Shown here: positions 60,362 to 64,000 of the stretch, piece after piece
How the letters are laid out: the number at the start of each line of letters is the position of its first letter
Position numbering within the stretch: position 1 is the first letter of the stretch
From: Thermoanaerobaculia bacterium
GTDB taxonomy: Bacteria; Acidobacteriota; Thermoanaerobaculia; UBA5066
Reading direction: 5' to 3'
DNA: 64,000 bases
NCBI GenBank assembly: GCA_963719225.1
Contig: CAVRAY010000001.1
Coordinates: forward strand, 1,536,001-1,600,000
Program-made: the position numbers and the translations under genes
Notes under the pieces: model-generated
Seen by the model: only the letters and a program-made list of their open reading frames with translations
Databases searched by the model: none
What the model was told of the DNA's origin: nothing

Positions 60362-62358
60362 CGGGACGCCTCGTCGCGAGCCGGCCGGGCCGGCCACGTG
60401 ACGCATTTCACGTTCGAGCCGTCCGGATCGGGATAGGCGGCGAGCTCGACTCTCATGGCGTCGGCGAGTCTCCGCGCCACGGAGAGGCCGAATTCGCCGC
60501 CGCTGCGTGCGGACCCGACGTCGTCGAAGAGATGAGCGGTCCTCTCGACGGAGAGCGTGGGGCCGCGATCCACGATCCGGATCACGGTGCGGTCGCCGTC
60601 CCGCGACGCCGAGAGGAGAACCGGCTCGTCCGACCGCGGTGTGGTCCGCAGGGAGTGGTCCACGAGGTTCGTGACGAGCCGCTCGATCTTTTCGCGGTCG
60701 GCGTTCACGCGCGGGAGCCCTTTAGGCACGTCGACGCGGAGTCTCAGGCCGCGCTTGAACGCCGAAGCCGAAAGCGCTCCCGAGAGCCCGCGCAGGACCT
60801 CGCCGAGATCGACCTCCGAGAAATTGACGGTGGCGCGCGCCCGGCCCGTGACGGCGGCGTCCAGGACGTCCGCGATGAGCCTCTCGAGGCGCGCGATGCC
60901 GTCCGCAGCCGTCTTCAGGAGCTGAGTCGGGCGCTCGGGGACCTCGGCGGCGAGGTCGGTCAGGACGACTTCGAGGTAGCTCTGCACGATCGCGAGCGGC
61001 GTCCGCAGCTCGTGCGCGGCCGCCGTCCAGAAGCGCGCGCGCATGGCCTCGGCCTCTCGCACGTTCGCCTGAAGAGCCTCGAGCTGCCGCGACGTCTCGG
61101 CCAGGTCCTTGGCGAGCACCTTCTCCCGTGCCTCGCGCGAGTTCGCTTTCCGCCGGTCGCGCAGAGTCAGAGTCGACCAGCCCGCCTGCCCGGCGGTTTC
61201 GTCCGGCGTCGGCATCGAGATGACCTCGACGGGGATCGTCTCGCCCGATGCCGTGAGAAGGCGCACCCTTTCCCGCGCCAGGTGCGAACCGTCGGGGCGA
61301 ATCGCCTCGTCGAACGTCTCCTCCGGGCCGGGAGGCCGGAGCAGCACGTGGTAGTCGAGCCCGACGAGCTCGGTCTCGACGCGGCCCGTCAGCGCGCAGA
61401 ACGGCGGGTTGACGATCAGGATCTCGCCGGTCGGCCCCACCATGGCCGTGGGATCGGGGATTCCCGTGAGGATGCGCTGGACGGTCCGGAGGCGCTTGCG
61501 GTCGGGATTCTTCTCGAGGGCGTCGCGCGGGCGGCCCGTGTCGCTCGCGGCGCGCAACAGTCGCGCGGCGGCCCCGAGCAGCGCCACGTCCACGAGCCCG
61601 AACGGCACGCGCTCGCGCACCGCGTGGAGGTAGAGGTCGCTTCCCTCCCCGGGGAGCTGACGGCAGAGCAGGGAGCGGATCGGCGCTCCTTCGAGGTAGC
61701 CCTTGGCGTCTCCCATGAGGGGATCGCGGTCGATCTCCTCGACGAGGACGGGCCCGGACCGCGACGCCGCGGCGCGCAGCTCGGGATACCGCGCGATCTC
61801 CACCTCGCGGCCCACGACGCCCGCTCCGAGGCTCGAGCCCTGGAGCGTCGCCACGGCCGAGCCCGCCTTCCACCGGAAGAGGCTCACCCGCGAGGCATCG
61901 AGAGAAAGAGAAAGCGCGCGAAGGGCGTGCTCGATGAAGTCGCGGCCCTCGGCCGCGAACTGCTCCCACAGCTCGAGAAGGGCCGTGAGCTGGACGCGGG
62001 AAAGAAGGATCGCGGGGGCCGGGTCGTCCGAGTCCTCTCCGAGAGCCGTCGTCGCGCGGTTCCAGGGACTGCGCGCGACCGTCTCGAGCGCCAGCGGACG
62101 GCGGGGGGCGCCGTCGTCGGCGAGGACGAATACCGAAGGAGGCGCGACCGCGTGAGGCAGGAGCGAAAGCAGCGTGGCCGCATCGGCCGCGGTGCCGGGC
62201 GGGACGACGAGGAGGACGTCCGGCATCGAGGAGTAGAGGAGCGTTCCGGCTTCCTCGAGCGTGCGCGCGACGAGAACTTCGGTGCCGGCTCTTTCGAGCG
62301 GGCTCCGAATGGCCTCCGGCACGTCGCCGCCCGGACGAAAGAGGAGGAATGGCCTCAT
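60358..62358 (-). CDS. Sensor histidine-kinase-like protein (degenerate REC, GAF, PAS, HisKA, degenerate HATPase)
   Basis: PAS ILIVNPPFCALTG..ETELVG; H-box AAHELRTPLA; N, G1 and G2 boxes are degenerate. Confidence 0.8.
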   Translation of the reverse strand: MRPFLLFRPGGDVPEAIRSPLERAGTEVLVARTLEEAGTLLYSSMPDVLLVVPPGTAADAATLLSLLPHAVAPPSVFVLADDGAPRRPLALETVARSPWNRATTALGEDSDDPAPAILLSRVQLTALLELWEQFAAEGRDFIEHALRALSLSLDASRVSLFRWKAGSAVATLQGSSLGAGVVGREVEIARYPELRAAASRSGPVLVEEIDRDPLMGDAKGYLEGAPIRSLLCRQLPGEGSDLYLHAVRERVPFGLVDVALLGAAARLLRAASDTGRPRDALEKNPDRKRLRTVQRILTGIPDPTAMVGPTGEILIVNPPFCALTGRVETELVGLDYHVLLRPPGPEETFDEAIRPDGSHLARERVRLLTASGETIPVEVISMPTPDETAGQAGWSTLTLRDRRKANSREAREKVLAKDLAETSRQLEALQANVREAEAMRARFWTAAAHELRTPLAIVQSYLEVVLTDLAAEVPERPTQLLKTAADGIARLERLIADVLDAAVTGRARATVNFSEVDLGEVLRGLSGALSASAFKRGLRLRVDVPKGLPRVNADREKIERLVTNLVDHSLRTTPRSDEPVLLSASRDGDRTVIRIVDRGPTLSVERTAHLFDDVGSARSGGEFGLSVARRLADAMRVELAAYPDPDGSNVKCVTWPARPARDEASR

Positions 62359-62429
62359 GCTCGCGGGGTCCCGTCAAAGACGGTACGGGCACGTCCGTCG
62401 GGCGTCAAGCGGGCCGCTATACTTTCGCG

Positions 62430-62717
62430 GTGAGGATCGATCCCGCGCTCGTCTCGAGGGTGGCCGCGCTCGCGGCCCTCGAGCTCTCCGACGCCGAGCG
62501 GGAGGCGATGGCGGGACAGCTCACCCGGATCGTCGCGCACTTCGAGGCGCTGAGAGAGCTGCCCGAGTCGATGCTTCCGGAGGATGCCTCGGAACGCCCG
62601 ACGCCGTTCAGGGAGGACGTCGCCCGCGACGGCTCTCCGGGTCCCCTGGTCGAGGCCAACGCGCCCGCTTTCGAGCATGGGCACTTCGTGGTGCCGCGTG
62701 TCGTGACGAGGGACTGA
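62430..62717 (+). CDS. gatC: Asp/Glu-tRNA amidotransferase subunit C
   Basis: VSRVAALAALELS...L..IVAHFEAL...FRED...ANAP...FVVPRVV. Confidence 0.92.
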   Translation: MRIDPALVSRVAALAALELSDAEREAMAGQLTRIVAHFEALRELPESMLPEDASERPTPFREDVARDGSPGPLVEANAPAFEHGHFVVPRVVTRD

Positions 62718-62721
62718 GCGT

Positions 62722-64000
62722 TTGACCGAGCCTTCGCCGGCCGAGCTTCTCGAAGGATCTTTCGTCACGATCGCCGATGCCGTCGGCACCGGGCGCGTCA
62801 CCGCGCGCGCTCTCGTCGAGGAATCCCTCGCGCGCGCGGGAAAGGCACGCGACGCGTTCGGCGCCTTCCTGTCGATCAGCGCCGAGATGTCCCTGGCCGA
62901 AGCGGGAGAGGTCGATCGGCGCGTCGCCGCGGGCGAGCGGCTGCCCCTCGCGGGCGTTCCGCTCGCCGTCAAGGACAACATCAACGTCGCGGGCCGCCCC
63001 TCCACGGCCGGCTCGAGGATCCTTTCCGGTTTCGTGGCGCCCGATCACGCGACGTGCGTCGCGCGGCTCGTCGAGGCCGGAGCCGTCGTCGTCGGCAAGA
63101 CGAATTGCGACGAGTTCGGAATGGGCTCGTCGAACGAGAACTCCGCGTACGGGCCGGTGCGGAATCCCTGGGATCCGTCGCGCGTGCCCGGCGGCTCCTC
63201 CGGAGGATCGGCGGCGTCCGTCGCCGCGCGCGCGGTGCCGCTCGCGATCGGAACGGACACGGGCGGATCGGTGCGGCAGCCGGCCGCTCTCTGCGGGCTC
63301 GTGGGCTGGAAACCGACGTACGGCCGCGTCTCGCGCTACGGCCTCATCGCCTTCGCGTCGTCCTTCGATCAGGCGGGCGCTCTGACGCGGTCGGTGGACG
63401 AGTCGGCGCGTGCGTTCGCCGTGATGGCGGGCGCCGACCCGCGAGACTCGACGGCGCTCGCGACCCCGGTGCCGGACGTCCTGGCGGCGCGCGGACAGGG
63501 CGCCCAGGGAGTGCGGATCGGCCTCCTGGCGGAAGCGTCGTCGGCGGACGGCGGCCTCCATCCGGACGTGAAGGCCTCCTTCGAAGCGGCCGCGGCGGCG
63601 CTCGGCGCCGCGGGCGGCGTCGTGTCGACGGTGTCCGTGCCGCGCGTGACACTCGCCGTTCCGGTCTACTACCTCACGGCCACGGCCGAGGCCTCCTCGA
63701 ATCTCGCGCGTTTCGACGGCGTGCGCTACGGCGCCCGAGCGGGAGAGGTCTCGCTCGCGAGCCTCTACCAGAAGACCCGGTCGGCGGGCTTCGGGCCGGA
63801 AGTGAAGCGGCGCATCCTGCTCGGCACGTTCGCACTTTCCGCCGGCTACCACGACGCCTATTACGGCCGCGCGCAGAGGGTCCGTGTGCTTCTCGCCTCG
63901 GACTTCGCCGAGGCCTTTCGCGGCGTGGACGCGATCCTGTGTCCGACCTCTCCCGAGCCCGCATTCGAGCTCGGCGCGAAGACGGACGATCCGCTCGCGA
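62722..64000 (+). CDS. gatA: Asp/Glu-tRNA amidotransferase subunit A; runs off window end
   Basis: Translated from TTG 62722: PLAGVPLAVKDNI, GKTNCDEFGMGSSNENS, PGGSSGGS, GTDTGGSVRQPA, SSNLARFDG, EVKRRILLG. Confidence 0.95.
   Translation, partial: MTEPSPAELLEGSFVTIADAVGTGRVTARALVEESLARAGKARDAFGAFLSISAEMSLAEAGEVDRRVAAGERLPLAGVPLAVKDNINVAGRPSTAGSRILSGFVAPDHATCVARLVEAGAVVVGKTNCDEFGMGSSNENSAYGPVRNPWDPSRVPGGSSGGSAASVAARAVPLAIGTDTGGSVRQPAALCGLVGWKPTYGRVSRYGLIAFASSFDQAGALTRSVDESARAFAVMAGADPRDSTALATPVPDVLAARGQGAQGVRIGLLAEASSADGGLHPDVKASFEAAAAALGAAGGVVSTVSVPRVTLAVPVYYLTATAEASSNLARFDGVRYGARAGEVSLASLYQKTRSAGFGPEVKRRILLGTFALSAGYHDAYYGRAQRVRVLLASDFAEAFRGVDAILCPTSPEPAFELGAKTDDPLA

Overview
Core-genome window from a high-GC bacterium. 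The gene repertoire (TIGR02999-like ECF/Ser-Thr kinase pair, Acidobacterial-type VWA proteins, PA-domain protease) suggests Acidobacteriota, probably Thermoanaerobaculia-like; this is inference. Housekeeping content: def, ltaE, gap, hpt, lysS-lolE-lolD-clpC-bamA-skp-lpxD-fabZ-lpxA, a fusA paralog, ggt, argR-C-B-D-G-H-J, lexA, a pilT-family ATPase, a tRNA nucleotidyltransferase, gatC-gatA, tRNA-Phe(GAA), tRNA-Pro(CGG) and a vapBC module. One accessory island (about 14.8-20.2 kb) holds three VWA-like paralogs. I saw no CRISPR array, integrase or transposase. The most notable observations are: (1) a dispersed purine-rich motif of about 30 bp (core TTC-N3-GAA, typically AAGATTTTCTTAGAAGG) at about 18 sites, clustered and often in convergent pairs, many written into coding sequences; (2) a GAPDH paralog lacking the catalytic Cys, translationally coupled to a normal GAPDH; (3) a DsbD whose thioredoxin domain is split and permuted around the membrane domain; (4) three paralogous VWA-like cassettes with locally variable segments; (5) a tandem pair of AATTAGGY-N14-RCCTTATT palindromes upstream of lexA. 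All calls come from reading the sequence and recognising motifs; no database searches were run.
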